Below are positions 8,934 to 19,458 of a stretch of 64,000 bases of DNA, piece after piece. Under the pieces are notes generated by a model. The model was not told where the DNA came from. It saw only the letters and a program-made list of their open reading frames with translations, and ran no database searches. The position numbers and the translations under genes are program-made. The number at the start of each line of letters is the position of its first letter. Position 1 is the first letter of the stretch. Origin of the DNA: an uncultured delta proteobacterium (GTDB taxonomy: Bacteria > Desulfobacterota > Binatia > Binatales > Binataceae); the NCBI GenBank assembly GCA_963710455.1, contig CAVQAG010000017.1, forward strand, positions 472,149 through 536,148, in the 5' to 3' direction.

Positions 8934-10010
8934 GTGAATGCGCGCACGCTGACGGTAGATATGGCGCCTCGGCGGACGCGGCTTGACGTGTTCGTCGCCG
9001 CCGAGCTCGGTGCGGAATTCTCCCGCTCGCAAGCCGCGCGCATGATCAGAGCGGGGCTGGTGCGGCTTAACGGTTCCCCTGCGCGCGCCGCCGACACCGT
9101 TCGCGCCGGCGACAGAATTGAAATCCAGAGCCCCTCAGCCATCACGGCCGGCGCAGCATCGCCTGGTCACACGGATGAGTCTGCGGACGTGCCTGCGATT
9201 GAGGTGCTCTACGCGGACGACGACATCGTGGTCGTCGACAAACCGGCCGGGATGACGGTTCATCCCGCACCCGGCCATCCTGGCGGCACGCTGGTCGACG
9301 CGTTGCTCGCGCGTTTTCCCGAGATGGCGGCGATGGCCGAGGTTGGGGGCGTGATGCGTCCCGGAATCGTCCATCGGCTCGACAAGGATACATCGGGGGT
9401 GATGGTGGTCGCGCGGACGCCGTTTTCGCGGATGGAACTGGCGCGACAGTTCAAGCAGCGCACGGTGAGCAAGGTTTACCTTGCGGTGGTGCGCGGAGTA
9501 ATTGGCCGCGAGCACTTTTCGATTTCACGCCCGGTCGGACGCCATCCGGTCGAACGCAAACGGATGTCGGTGAACTCGCACCACGGCCGCGAGGCTTTAA
9601 GCGAAGTCTGCGTGCTCACGCGGCTGCCCGCGGCGGGCGCGACGCTCGTCGCAGTGCGGCCTCTCACCGGCCGAACGCATCAGATTCGCGTACACCTGGC
9701 TTCGATCGGCCATCCATGCCTTGGCGATCCGCTCTACGGAGGCCGCCAGGCAAGAGGGTCGAAGGACGCGACAATTTCGGATGCGGCACCCTCGTTCACG
9801 CGTCAGGCCCTGCATGCGCTGGCGCTGCGGCTGAATCATCCGCGCACCCGTGCGGCGCTCGAATTCGTCGCTCCGCCGCCCGGCGACTTTGGCGGATTTC
9901 TCATAGCGCGGGATGTCGCAAAGGGGCGCGCGGAGCTTGAACGCTGGATCGAACTCAGCGCGGGGGTTCTCCCGCCCGCTCCGAGAGCGGACGGGGAAGT
10001 TGCCCGTTGA
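8934..10010 (+). CDS. rluD: RluA/RluD family 23S rRNA pseudouridine synthase with S4 domain
   Basis: N-terminal S4 (RLDVF...SRS), VVDKPAGM, GIVHRLDKDTSG, TGRTHQIRVH. Confidence 0.9.
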   Translation: MNARTLTVDMAPRRTRLDVFVAAELGAEFSRSQAARMIRAGLVRLNGSPARAADTVRAGDRIEIQSPSAITAGAASPGHTDESADVPAIEVLYADDDIVVVDKPAGMTVHPAPGHPGGTLVDALLARFPEMAAMAEVGGVMRPGIVHRLDKDTSGVMVVARTPFSRMELARQFKQRTVSKVYLAVVRGVIGREHFSISRPVGRHPVERKRMSVNSHHGREALSEVCVLTRLPAAGATLVAVRPLTGRTHQIRVHLASIGHPCLGDPLYGGRQARGSKDATISDAAPSFTRQALHALALRLNHPRTRAALEFVAPPPGDFGGFLIARDVAKGRAELERWIELSAGVLPPAPRADGEVAR

Positions 10011-10035
10011 CAGCCCAAAGAGGCTCAGATAGTTT
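10007..10035 (+). promoter_or_regulatory. Sigma70-type promoter upstream of rho
   Basis: TTGACA (10007-10012), 17-nt spacer, TAGTTT (10030-10035). Confidence 0.65.
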
Positions 10036-10322
10036 GATGTCCACGGACCTGCGCATTGAGCCGAGGCAGGCCAGACTCCGGATTACCCGCAGCCGCCAAG
10101 TGCCCACCGAAGATTGGGCGTCGCCTCTCCGTCGCGACCAAATGCCTCAATCCATTTGATCGGCTTGGGAAGAACTGGATCAAGGTTTTGTACGGGGTCA
10201 CAACGTAATACACGCGACGGTCTCTCGCGAGCGGCTTGGGGGCTGCATTAAGGGATCGGCAGCATCGGATTTTCTATCACTTCGTAGCTGGATTGGAGTC
10301 AGGGATTTTGCGCACAAGGCAT

Positions 10323-11843
10323 ATGGGTAAGGGCAGGGGGGCTAGGGGAGAGGCTCAGGGCCAGGGCGATGAGATGCGCAACGGCCCCAGCGTGTCGCAC
10401 ACACGTCACATGCAGCCAGCCACGTCCGGATCGGGCGAAGCCAACGGCACGTCCGAGCACGACGAGGCGCGCGACGGTGACGGCGGCGCTTCGACGACGC
10501 CCGAGGGCGGCACCGATCGCTATCGGTCCAGCAGTGCACACGCGCTAAACGCGTCGGAGCGCCACGTGGGCGGAATCGTCAGCGACGGCGGCGCACTCAA
10601 TCTAAAGGTACTCAAAGCGGCCAAGATAACCGAGCTGGCCCAAATCGCGCGCGAGTACAACATCGACGGCGCGACTAATATGCGCAAGCAGGAGATGATT
10701 TTCTCCATCCTGCAGGCGCAGGCCTCGCGCAACGGCTCAATCCTCGGCGAAGGCGTGCTGGAGATTCTGCCTGACGGCTTCGGCTTCCTGCGCGCTCCCG
10801 ACTATAACTACTTGCCGGGGCCCGACGACATCTACATTTCGCCGAGCCAGATCCGGAAATTCAACCTGCGCACGGGCGATATCGTCTCGGGCCTGATTCG
10901 CCCGCCCAAGGAGGGCGAGCGTTACTTCGCGCTATTGAAGGTTGAATCGATCAATTTCGAGGAGCCCGAGAAGGCCCGCGACAAGATCCTGTTCGACAAT
11001 TTGACGCCGCTCTATCCGCAGGAGCGGATTAAGCTCGAGTACGACCACGACGATTATACCACCCGTATCATTGATTTGATCGCGCCGATTGGTAAGGGCC
11101 AGCGCGGACTTATCGTGGCGGCGCCGTTCACCGGCAAGACCATGATGCTGCAGGCGATCGCGAAAGCGATCGCGCACAACCATCCGGAAATCGTCCTGAT
11201 CGTTCTGCTGGTCGATGAACGCCCGGAAGAAGTTACCGACATGCTGCGCTCGGTGCAGGGCGAGGTCGTAAGTTCGACTTTCGACGAGCCCGCCACGCGT
11301 CACGTGCAGGTGGCAGAGATGGTAATCGAGAAGGCTCGCCGGCTGGTCGAGCACGGACGCGACGTGGTGATCCTGCTTGATTCGATCACCCGCCTCGCCC
11401 GCGCCTACAACACAGTGGTCCCGCCGTCGGGCAAGATTCTTTCCGGCGGTGTCGATTCCAACGCACTGCACAAGCCCAAGAAGTTCTTCGGCGCCGCGCG
11501 CAACACCGAGGACGGCGGCTCGCTGACCATCATCGCCACCGCGCTGGTCGATACCGGCAGCCGGATGGACGAGGTTATTTTCGAGGAGTTCAAGGGCACC
11601 GGTAACCAGCAGATCGGCCTTGACCGGCGCCTGTTGGAAAAGCGCATCTTCCCGACCATCGATATCCAGCGCTCCTCGACCCGCAAAGAGGAGCTGCTAT
11701 TGCCACGCAGCACACTCAACCGGGTATGGATCCTGCGCAAGCTGCTCTCGCAGCTCAACGCGGTCGAGGCGATGGAGTTCCTGCTGGACAAGATGCAGGG
11801 CTCGAAAACCAACGAAGAATTCCTTGAATCGATGAATGGCTAA
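10323..11843 (+). CDS. rho: Transcription termination factor Rho
   Basis: [42 protein letters not shown]; start uncertain (ATG 10323 or 10374). Confidence 0.97.
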   Translation: MGKGRGARGEAQGQGDEMRNGPSVSHTRHMQPATSGSGEANGTSEHDEARDGDGGASTTPEGGTDRYRSSSAHALNASERHVGGIVSDGGALNLKVLKAAKITELAQIAREYNIDGATNMRKQEMIFSILQAQASRNGSILGEGVLEILPDGFGFLRAPDYNYLPGPDDIYISPSQIRKFNLRTGDIVSGLIRPPKEGERYFALLKVESINFEEPEKARDKILFDNLTPLYPQERIKLEYDHDDYTTRIIDLIAPIGKGQRGLIVAAPFTGKTMMLQAIAKAIAHNHPEIVLIVLLVDERPEEVTDMLRSVQGEVVSSTFDEPATRHVQVAEMVIEKARRLVEHGRDVVILLDSITRLARAYNTVVPPSGKILSGGVDSNALHKPKKFFGAARNTEDGGSLTIIATALVDTGSRMDEVIFEEFKGTGNQQIGLDRRLLEKRIFPTIDIQRSSTRKEELLLPRSTLNRVWILRKLLSQLNAVEAMEFLLDKMQGSKTNEEFLESMNG

Positions 11844-11935
11844 AGGGGGCGCGCTAGGAACTAGTCGCGCAGCTTGATAATTAATAGTGTCGTCCGCCAT
11901 GTCTGAGGGAGTGCGGTGACACTTTAAGAGGACCT

Positions 11936-12706
11936 ATGACCGAAATCAGCATGAAACAGCTTCTGGAAGCCGGAGTCCACTTCGGCCACCAGACCAGCCG
12001 CTGGAACCCGAAGATGAAGCCCTACATCTTCGGCGCCCGCAATGGCATCTACATCATCGACCTCCAGCAGACCGTACGGATGTTTCGCGAGGCCTACGAC
12101 TTCGTGCGTGACCTTTCAGCACAGGGCGGTACGATGCTGTTCGTCGGGACCAAGAAGCAAGCGCAGGATATCGTGCGCGAAGAGGCCGAGCGGTGCGGGA
12201 TGTTCTACGTCCATAATCGCTGGTTGGGCGGGATGCTCACCAATTTCCAGACCATCCGGCAGTCTATTGAGCGGCTCAAGAAGCTCGAAGAGATAATGGC
12301 CGATCCTGAAATGATCCAGGCGCTCACCAAGAAGGAAATGAGCGAGAACGGCCACGAGCACGAAAAGCTGATGGCCACGTTGGCCGGAATCAAGAACATG
12401 CGCAAGTTGCCAGACGCGCTATGGGTAATCGACACCAAGAAAGAGGACATCGCCGTGGCCGAGGCCAAGCGGCTGGGCATCCCGGTGGTTGCCGTGGTGG
12501 ATACCAACTGCGATCCCGACCTTATCGCCTATCGAATTCCCGGTAACGACGACGCGATTCGCGCGATCAAACTGTTCAGTGCAGCCATGGCCGACGCGGT
12601 GATCGAGGGCAAACGGATCGCCGAGGAACGGCAAAAGGGCGAGCAGGACTTGGGTACGAGCGCCGACGAAGACCGCAGTCCTGAGCCGCCAAGCCAGAGC
12701 GTTTAA
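11936..12706 (+). CDS. rpsB: 30S ribosomal protein S2
   Basis: [38 protein letters not shown]. Confidence 0.98.
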   Translation: MTEISMKQLLEAGVHFGHQTSRWNPKMKPYIFGARNGIYIIDLQQTVRMFREAYDFVRDLSAQGGTMLFVGTKKQAQDIVREEAERCGMFYVHNRWLGGMLTNFQTIRQSIERLKKLEEIMADPEMIQALTKKEMSENGHEHEKLMATLAGIKNMRKLPDALWVIDTKKEDIAVAEAKRLGIPVVAVVDTNCDPDLIAYRIPGNDDAIRAIKLFSAAMADAVIEGKRIAEERQKGEQDLGTSADEDRSPEPPSQSV

Positions 12707-12771
12707 GGCGAGAGCGTTCGGCTAAACGTATAGAACCTTAAATCAAGAACTTAGAGAACATCCGTCAGAGA

Positions 12772-13389
12772 ATGGACATCAACGCAAACGTAGTCAGAGA
12801 ACTGCGCGAAAAAACCGGCGCCGGGGTGATGGATTGCAAAAAGGCGCTGGCCGAGGCCAGCGGCGACCTCGACAAGGCGATCGTGTGGCTGCGCGAGCGC
12901 GGGATCGCGCAAGCCGCCAAGCGCGCCGGAAAGCTCGCCTCGGAGGGCTCGGTCGGATCCTACATCCATGCTGGCGGCAAGCTCGGGGTGCTGGTCGAAG
13001 TCAATTGCGAAAGCGACTTTGTGGCCAAGACGCCCGAGTTCCAGACGCTGGTCAAGGAAATTGCGATGCAGATCGCGGCGGCCAATCCGCGCTGCGTCAG
13101 CCGCGAGGACGTGCCGGCCGAAGTTATCGAGCAGGAGCGTCAGATCTATGCCACGCAATCGGCGGACAAGCCCGAGGCGGTGGTCAGGAAGATCGTCGAC
13201 GGCAAACTGGGAAAATTCTACCGTGACATCTGCCTCAACGAGCAGGCCTGGGTGCGCGACCCCAACCGCACCATTACCGACTTGCTGGGCGAATACGTAG
13301 CCAAGCTGGGCGAGAAGATCGAAATCCGCCGCTTCGTCCGTTTCCAGCTCGGCGAATCGCGCGACGGCAACACGGCCGCCAGCGCATAG
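12772..13389 (+). CDS. tsf: Elongation factor Ts (short form)
   Basis: LREKTGAGVMDCKKAL, EVNCESDFVA; follows rpsB. Confidence 0.97.
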   Translation: MDINANVVRELREKTGAGVMDCKKALAEASGDLDKAIVWLRERGIAQAAKRAGKLASEGSVGSYIHAGGKLGVLVEVNCESDFVAKTPEFQTLVKEIAMQIAAANPRCVSREDVPAEVIEQERQIYATQSADKPEAVVRKIVDGKLGKFYRDICLNEQAWVRDPNRTITDLLGEYVAKLGEKIEIRRFVRFQLGESRDGNTAASA

Positions 13390-13416
13390 CCAACGCGCGC
13401 GGGGAGACGACCAGCA

Positions 13417-14166
13417 ATGAGCGAGGCGGGAGGCGGCGCGGCGCACAAGCCCCGCTTCCACCGCGTGATGCTCAAGCTTTCAGGCCAGGCGCTGGCGCCC
13501 GCTCAGGGTGCCGGGATCGACCTCGATACGCTTGCCGCGTTCGCCCGCGAAATCAAGGAAGTAGCCGCTCTCGGCGTGCAGCTCGCGATGGTTATCGGGG
13601 CAGGCAACATCCTCCGCGGCAGCGAATACGAGGCGCGCGGGATGGACCGGTCCAGCGCCGATCAAATGGGCATGCTGGGCACCGTGATTAATGCGCTCGC
13701 GTTCCAGGACGCCCTGGAACGGGCGGGCGTGACGACCAGGGTGCTCTCGGCAATCGCGATGCAGGCGGTCTGCGAGCCGTACATCCGCCGGCGCGCGGTG
13801 CGGCACCTCGACAAGGGCCGGGTCGTGATCTTCGCCGCCGGCACCGGCAATCCCTATTTCACCACCGATACTGCGGCGAGTCTGCGTGCGCTGGAAATCG
13901 GCGCCGAGGTCATACTGAAGGCGAGCCATCACGTTGACGGGGTATACGACCGCGACCCGTTGCGCGAATCCGGGGCCAAGCGCTTCGAACGCCTCACCTA
14001 CCTTGAAGTACTCGAACGCAACCTCAAGGTGATGGACTCGACCGCGATCTCGATGTGCAAGGATAACAACCTGCCGATCATCGTTTTCAATCTGCGCCAG
14101 ACGGGTAATATAAGAAGAGCCGTGATGGGCGAGCCGATCGGCACCTGGGTAGAAAGTGGCCGCTGA
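13417..14166 (+). CDS. pyrH: UMP kinase
   Basis: [35 protein letters not shown]. Confidence 0.97.
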   Translation: MSEAGGGAAHKPRFHRVMLKLSGQALAPAQGAGIDLDTLAAFAREIKEVAALGVQLAMVIGAGNILRGSEYEARGMDRSSADQMGMLGTVINALAFQDALERAGVTTRVLSAIAMQAVCEPYIRRRAVRHLDKGRVVIFAAGTGNPYFTTDTAASLRALEIGAEVILKASHHVDGVYDRDPLRESGAKRFERLTYLEVLERNLKVMDSTAISMCKDNNLPIIVFNLRQTGNIRRAVMGEPIGTWVESGR

Positions 14167-14728
14167 AGAAACATCGGAAGAAGCGATCGAGATGGCGCGG
14201 ATGGAGATGGAGGAAGCGGTCGGCGCCTTCCGCCATGAACTCGGCCGCGTGCGCACCGGGCGTGCCTCGACCGCGCTGCTCGAGGGCTTGCACGTCAATT
14301 ATTACGGCGCCCGCACACCGCTACGCCAGCTCGCGGGGCTCGCCGCGCCAGAGCCGCGCCTGCTGATAATTACGCCCTATGACAAGGGCGCGCTGCACGA
14401 GATCGAAAAGGCGATCCAGACTTCCGATCTGGGCTTGACCCCGATCAACGACGGCAAAATCATCCGCGTGCCGATTCCCGAGCTGACCGAGCAGCGGCGC
14501 AAGGAACTCGTGCGCCACGTGCACAAGACCGCCGAGGAATTCCGGGTCTCAGTGCGCAACCATCGCCGCGATGCCAACGACAAGCTTAAGAAAATGCACA
14601 AGGACAAGAAACTCGATGACGATACGCTGCACGCGGCCGAAACCAAGGTCCAGCAGCACACCACCGAATACATCGAGAAAATCGACAAGGTGCTGGCGGC
14701 CAAGGAAGCCGAGATAATGGAGGTCTGA
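14156..14728 (+). CDS. frr: Ribosome recycling factor
   Basis: [32 protein letters not shown]. Confidence 0.97.
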   Translation: MAAEETSEEAIEMARMEMEEAVGAFRHELGRVRTGRASTALLEGLHVNYYGARTPLRQLAGLAAPEPRLLIITPYDKGALHEIEKAIQTSDLGLTPINDGKIIRVPIPELTEQRRKELVRHVHKTAEEFRVSVRNHRRDANDKLKKMHKDKKLDDDTLHAAETKVQQHTTEYIEKIDKVLAAKEAEIMEV

Positions 14729-14757
14729 ACCGCCCGCGAGCGTCTCGCCCAACGGGG

Positions 14758-15570
14758 ATGCGGTGGCGGCTTACCCAGTTCGTGGCTTCTTCACTCCCAC
14801 TGGACGAATTTCCAGGCCTCTCGCTCGAAGCGGAGCGGCTGCCGCGCCATATCGCGATCGTGATGGACGGCAACGGCCGATGGGCCCGTCAGCGCGGACT
14901 TTCCCGCCCCGAGGGCCATCGGCGCGGCAAAGACTCGGTGCGTGCGGTGGTCGAGGCCGCGCGCGAGATCGGCATCCCTTATCTCACCCTGTTTGTCTTC
15001 TCCAATGAGAACTGGCAGCGGCCGGGCACTGAGGTGCGCTTCCTGATGGAACTGTTCCATCGCTATCTCAGCACGGAGACCAAGCGCCTGATGAAACGCG
15101 ACATCAAGGTCGTGGCGCTAGGCGACCTCGAACGCCTGCCGCCACCGGTCAGGCGCGCGCTTGATACGATGATCGCTGCGACCGCCGGGAACCGATCGAT
15201 GACAGTCGCGCTTGCGCTCTCCTATGGCGGCCGTCAGGACGTGACTGCCGCCGTTCGCCGGATTGCCGAGGAAGTCGCCGCGGGACGGCTCAGTCCTTCC
15301 GAAGTCGACGAGCAGGCCGTGGCGAGCCGCCTTGCCAGCGCCGACCTGCCGGACCCGGACCTGCTTATCCGCACTTCGGGCGAGCTCCGGGTATCGAACT
15401 TTTTCCTCTACCAGCTCGCGTACACCGAACTCTATTTCACCAACACACTATGGCCCGACTTCCGCGAGCGCGAGTTTCTCCATGCGCTGGCGGCCTATCA
15501 GCTTCGTGAGCGCCGCTTTGGCGCGGTCGACGCCAGCTCCGCCAACCACCGACTGCGTGCTGCGAACTAG
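14758..15570 (+). CDS. uppS: Undecaprenyl diphosphate synthase
   Basis: HIAIVMDGNGRWA, FSNENWQRP, LSYGGR, PDLLIRTSGE.RVSNF.LYQ. Confidence 0.96.
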   Translation: MRWRLTQFVASSLPLDEFPGLSLEAERLPRHIAIVMDGNGRWARQRGLSRPEGHRRGKDSVRAVVEAAREIGIPYLTLFVFSNENWQRPGTEVRFLMELFHRYLSTETKRLMKRDIKVVALGDLERLPPPVRRALDTMIAATAGNRSMTVALALSYGGRQDVTAAVRRIAEEVAAGRLSPSEVDEQAVASRLASADLPDPDLLIRTSGELRVSNFFLYQLAYTELYFTNTLWPDFREREFLHALAAYQLRERRFGAVDASSANHRLRAAN

Positions 15571-16345
15571 GGTTTGGACCGCGCTGGTCGCGCTGCCCGC
15601 GCTGCTGGCGGTGGTGCTCTTCGCGCCGGCGTCGTGGTTTGCGGCGTTCGTAGGCGTGCTGACGGTGTGGGGGCTTTACGAAGTGGGCGCGATGACGCGG
15701 GCGCGGACGCCCGGAGCGATCGGCGCCCTGGTCCTCGCAGGTGGTGGGTCGGCAATCCTGCTCGCGTGGGCGCCCGAGCGTCTATGGTTCATCCCGTTAG
15801 GAGTGATTCTGGCGATGCTGACGCTGGTCTTGCGGGTGGGACGGGACCCGGCGAGTGCGGCTCCGTCTCCGGGTCTACGGCTGACGCTTTTGGGGGCATT
15901 TTACGTCGGCGCACTGTTTCCCTACTTTGAGCTCTTGCGAAACCGCCCCGGCGGCGTCGCTACGATTATTTTTGTCCTGCTGCTCGTGATGACGACCGAC
16001 ACCGGCGCGTACCTCAGCGGAACCTGGATTGGCCGCAACAGGTTGGCTCCGCGGGTGAGTCCGAAAAAGACCGTGGAGGGGGCAATTGGCGGCCTTGCGC
16101 TATGCATATTAGCCGGACTGCTGCTGCATCAACCACTGGTGTCGAGATGGAGCGTCGGCCAGACCGTAGCGTTGTCGGCGGCAATCGGAATACTGGCTCA
16201 ATTGGGCGACCTTGCCGGCTCGGCGCTCAAGCGCAGCGCCGGGGTGAAGGATTCGGGATGGATTTTCCCGGGCCATGGCGGTTTGCTCGATCGTACATGC
16301 AGCATGGTTTTTGCCACGGTTTTCGCTTACTATTGGAGTCTGTGA
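15557..16345 (+). CDS. cdsA: Phosphatidate cytidylyltransferase
   Basis: GTG 15557; hydrophobic; DTGAY, SPKKTVEG, GDL..S..KR..GVKDSG.IFPGHGG.LDR. Confidence 0.93.
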   Translation: MLRTRVWTALVALPALLAVVLFAPASWFAAFVGVLTVWGLYEVGAMTRARTPGAIGALVLAGGGSAILLAWAPERLWFIPLGVILAMLTLVLRVGRDPASAAPSPGLRLTLLGAFYVGALFPYFELLRNRPGGVATIIFVLLLVMTTDTGAYLSGTWIGRNRLAPRVSPKKTVEGAIGGLALCILAGLLLHQPLVSRWSVGQTVALSAAIGILAQLGDLAGSALKRSAGVKDSGWIFPGHGGLLDRTCSMVFATVFAYYWSL

Positions 16346-16388
16346 AGCTGGCACATCAGTCTAACCTGCCGTCGAATAATCGGAAATT

Positions 16389-17843
16389 ATGATCACATCG
16401 ATTGTTTCAGCCGTAGTAATCTTCGGCATCCTGATCATCGTGCACGAGACCGGCCATTTCCTGATGGCCAAGCACTCGGGCGTGCGTGTGATCCGTTATT
16501 CGGTCGGCTATCCTCCGAAACTTTTCGGTATCCGCCGCGGCGAGACCGAGTACGCATTTGGCGCAACACCGATGGGCGGCTATGTCCGGATGCTTGGCGA
16601 TGAAGTCGCTGAAGAACCCACGGCTGACACGCTTGAAGGCTACGTGAAGGAGGTGCAGCTCGACCTGATCGAGGCGGCGCGCCAACACGGCACCGCCGCC
16701 CAACTCGGCACCGAGCCGCAACAGATGTTGCTCGCGCTCGCGCATCGGCTCGCACCGGCGGTTGGCGGTGGGTTCAATCCGACCAAGGGTTCCACGAGTA
16801 CGTCAGCGTCAGGCGCTGCTCATGCCTTGGCGCCAGACCCTGCCAGTTATCCTCACCCGGCCGACAGCGCCGAGGCCATACTTGGCCGCGCGCTCCGGCC
16901 CGACGAAGCTTTGCTGCTGGCCGAGATCGAGCGCCGTGGCTCAGTCGATGCTGCCGTCAAGGCGCTGGTCGACACCCGCCCGGCGATGCTCCTGGAACGT
17001 TATCGCGCGCAGGCCTTCCCGACGCAGAGCCTCGGTACCCGTATCAAGATCGTGCTGGCGGGGCCGCTTGCGAACATCCTGTTCGCCCCGGTGCTGATGG
17101 CGATTGTGTTCATGTACGGCGTGCCTTACGTGAAGCCGATACTGGGTGAGATAAAGAAAGGGATGCCGGCTTATTCGGCGGGTCTGCGCAAGGGCGACCA
17201 GATTCTGGCGGTCAGCGGGAAGAAGGTCGAGAACTGGGCCGACCTCTCGGACGCTATCAAAGCGGACAACGGGGCGCCGATCAAAATTGATTTCATGCGT
17301 CCGGCGCCGAACGCCTCGCCGAGCCGGATGTCTTTAGAGGTGACGCCGATCCGTGAAAAGGAAGATACCGGATTCGGCGACAAGGCTCCGGTGTGGATCA
17401 TCGGCGTTCTGCCACGCGGCGACGAGGGCGTAAAGCGTTACGGGCCGTTGAGCGCAATGTACCAGAGCGTGGTATCGACCGCGCAGCTCAGCGGACGGTT
17501 GGTGATGGGAATCGCCCTGATTATCAATGGGACCACACCGGCGCGCCAGGCGCTGGGCGGGCCCATTATGATCGCGAAGATGGCCGGCAAGGAAGCCAAG
17601 CAGGGCTTCGCCGACGTTGCCGGTTTTACCGTAATGCTGAGCCTGGAGTTGGGTATCATCAACCTGCTGCCGGTGCCTTTGCTTGACGGCGGCCATCTGT
17701 TCTTTTTCCTCATCGAGGGCCTGCGCGGCAAGCCGCTGCAGCTCCGTCATCGAGAGTTCGCGATGCAGATCGGGCTGCTGTTGCTGGTGGCACTGATGAC
17801 TTTCGTCATCGTTAATGACATCTCGCATATTATGCACAGTTGA
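16389..17843 (+). CDS. rseP: RIP metalloprotease RseP with a large insertion
   Basis: HETGH, GGYVRM, AGPLAN, one PDZ domain, NLLPVPLLDGG. Confidence 0.93.
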   Translation: MITSIVSAVVIFGILIIVHETGHFLMAKHSGVRVIRYSVGYPPKLFGIRRGETEYAFGATPMGGYVRMLGDEVAEEPTADTLEGYVKEVQLDLIEAARQHGTAAQLGTEPQQMLLALAHRLAPAVGGGFNPTKGSTSTSASGAAHALAPDPASYPHPADSAEAILGRALRPDEALLLAEIERRGSVDAAVKALVDTRPAMLLERYRAQAFPTQSLGTRIKIVLAGPLANILFAPVLMAIVFMYGVPYVKPILGEIKKGMPAYSAGLRKGDQILAVSGKKVENWADLSDAIKADNGAPIKIDFMRPAPNASPSRMSLEVTPIREKEDTGFGDKAPVWIIGVLPRGDEGVKRYGPLSAMYQSVVSTAQLSGRLVMGIALIINGTTPARQALGGPIMIAKMAGKEAKQGFADVAGFTVMLSLELGIINLLPVPLLDGGHLFFFLIEGLRGKPLQLRHREFAMQIGLLLLVALMTFVIVNDISHIMHS

Positions 17844-17877
17844 AGCCGCACTGGCGGCCGGTGCTTCGGCCGGGCCG

Positions 17878-18660
17878 GTGCTGGGAATCGACACTGGAGG
17901 GCCGCGAGCCGACCTTGCATTGGTCCTCGGCGGATGGGTGCTGGCGGAAGCTTCGCATTCAGTCGCCTCGCATGGCGCTGAACTGCCCGAAGCGGTCGCC
18001 GGTCTTCTCAGAGTCGCGGGGCTTACTGCTGGGGAGCTCAAGGCTATCGCAATCGGAATTGGCCCGGGCTCGTTTACCGGCCTGCGGGTGGGGTTGAGTT
18101 ACTCCAAGGGCCTCAAACTGGCGACTGGCTGCGCGCTTTTGGGGATACCGAGCCTCGACACCCTTGCCTTGACGGCGCTGGCTGAGATTTCCGCTACGCC
18201 GGCACCCCGGCTAATCTGCCCGGTGCTGGACGCTCGCAAGGGTGAGGTCTATGCTGCCCTTTACCGGACAAGCGGCAATGGGCTAGAAAAGTTATCGGAT
18301 GACCTCGTGGTCACGCTCGAAAACCTGGCTCCACATCTCGGAAGCGACGTCCTGCTGGTCGGCGACGCAAAGGCCGAAGAGGCCTGTCGTTGGGTCGTTC
18401 GCGCGGGAGGCCGGGCCAGCTGTGTGGAAATAGCCGGGGTGCGCTTGCGGGGTCGGGTGGTGGCGGCGCTGGGTGCCGCGCGGCTGATGGCGGGGGAGGC
18501 GGATAACGCATTCGTCCTAGAACCGCTGTATGTGAGGTCGGCGGAGGCGATTTTCAAGGCTGATCCTCTAACCTCGGGAGTGAGGGTAAATGGAGCCGAA
18601 GGAAGAAGAACTGATCCATCAGTACGTGACCAACGACGAAGAACTGAAGACGCTGTATGA
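17878..18660 (+). CDS. tsaB: tRNA threonylcarbamoyladenosine biosynthesis protein TsaB
   Basis: LGIDT, GPGSFTGLRVG, DARKGEVY, EPLYVR; start uncertain (17815-17878). Confidence 0.92.
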   Translation: MLGIDTGGPRADLALVLGGWVLAEASHSVASHGAELPEAVAGLLRVAGLTAGELKAIAIGIGPGSFTGLRVGLSYSKGLKLATGCALLGIPSLDTLALTALAEISATPAPRLICPVLDARKGEVYAALYRTSGNGLEKLSDDLVVTLENLAPHLGSDVLLVGDAKAEEACRWVVRAGGRASCVEIAGVRLRGRVVAALGAARLMAGEADNAFVLEPLYVRSAEAIFKADPLTSGVRVNGAEGRRTDPSVRDQRRRTEDAV

Positions 18661-18820
18661 GGAGCACGCGGAGCTCAAACGCCAGCTCGAATCATTCCGC
18701 CTCAAGCACTACCTGACCGTTGAAGAGGAAATCGAAAAGAAAAGAATTCAGAAGCTGAAACTGGCCTCGAAGGATCGCATCATGGCGCTCCTTCATCGCC
18801 ATCAGCACGAAGCGCGCTAG
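18590..18820 (+). CDS. DUF465/YdcH family small coiled-coil protein
   Basis: 76 aa, LYEEH..L...., EE.EKKRIQKLKL..KD; usual position before ilv genes. Confidence 0.8.
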   Translation: MEPKEEELIHQYVTNDEELKTLYEEHAELKRQLESFRLKHYLTVEEEIEKKRIQKLKLASKDRIMALLHRHQHEAR

Positions 18821-18863
18821 GCTCGCGGCGCGCATCACGCGCCCCGGGCCGTAAATCCAGCTG

Positions 18864-19394
18864 ATGCCAAGCCATACCATATCCGTCCTGGTCGAAAACG
18901 AGTTCGGCGTTCTCGCACGCGTGGCTGGCTTGTTTTCCAGCCGGGGCTTTAATATCGAGTCGCTGACCGTCAACGAGGACCCGCTCGACCCGACCGTCTC
19001 GCGTATAGTGCTGGTGGCGACCGGCGACGATCAGACGCTTGAGCAGATTAATAAGCAGCTCAACAAGCTGGTCTCCGTGATCAAGGTCACCGACTTCAAG
19101 GACACCAGCACTATTGACCGTGAGATGGTGATGGTGAAGGTCGCGGTCGATGAACGCACGCGCGCCGAAGTAGATTCCATCGTCGCCGCCTTTCGTGCTC
19201 ACGTGGTCGACATCGGACCGCGCGCGGTGACCGTGGAGGTGACCGGGGACGCCGACAAGATCAAGGCATTTATCGAGCTGGTGCGTCCGATCGGTATCAA
19301 GGAGATCGTGCGCTCGGGGAAGATCGCGATGGGCCGCGCCGTGCAGCACGAGAACAACCATCGTACCGCCGCTGTCACGCGCGAAGCCGGGTAG
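18864..19394 (+). CDS. ilvN: Acetolactate synthase small (regulatory) subunit
   Basis: ISVLVENEFGVLARVAGLFSSRGFNIESL (ACT), KQLNKLV.VIKV. Confidence 0.95.
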   Translation: MPSHTISVLVENEFGVLARVAGLFSSRGFNIESLTVNEDPLDPTVSRIVLVATGDDQTLEQINKQLNKLVSVIKVTDFKDTSTIDREMVMVKVAVDERTRAEVDSIVAAFRAHVVDIGPRAVTVEVTGDADKIKAFIELVRPIGIKEIVRSGKIAMGRAVQHENNHRTAAVTREAG

Positions 19395-19458
19395 CGGCAA
19401 CGTCCCGACGACGCTTTCCAGCTAATTTATCCGCAATTTTATCCAGGAGAATCCCGTC

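Noticed and set aside
10323-10600. Low-complexity N-terminal extension of Rho
   Set aside because: Variable N-terminal extensions are common in Rho and the start codon is uncertain.
12772-13389. Short EF-Ts (205 aa) as a truncation
   Set aside because: A short dimeric EF-Ts form is well known in several phyla.
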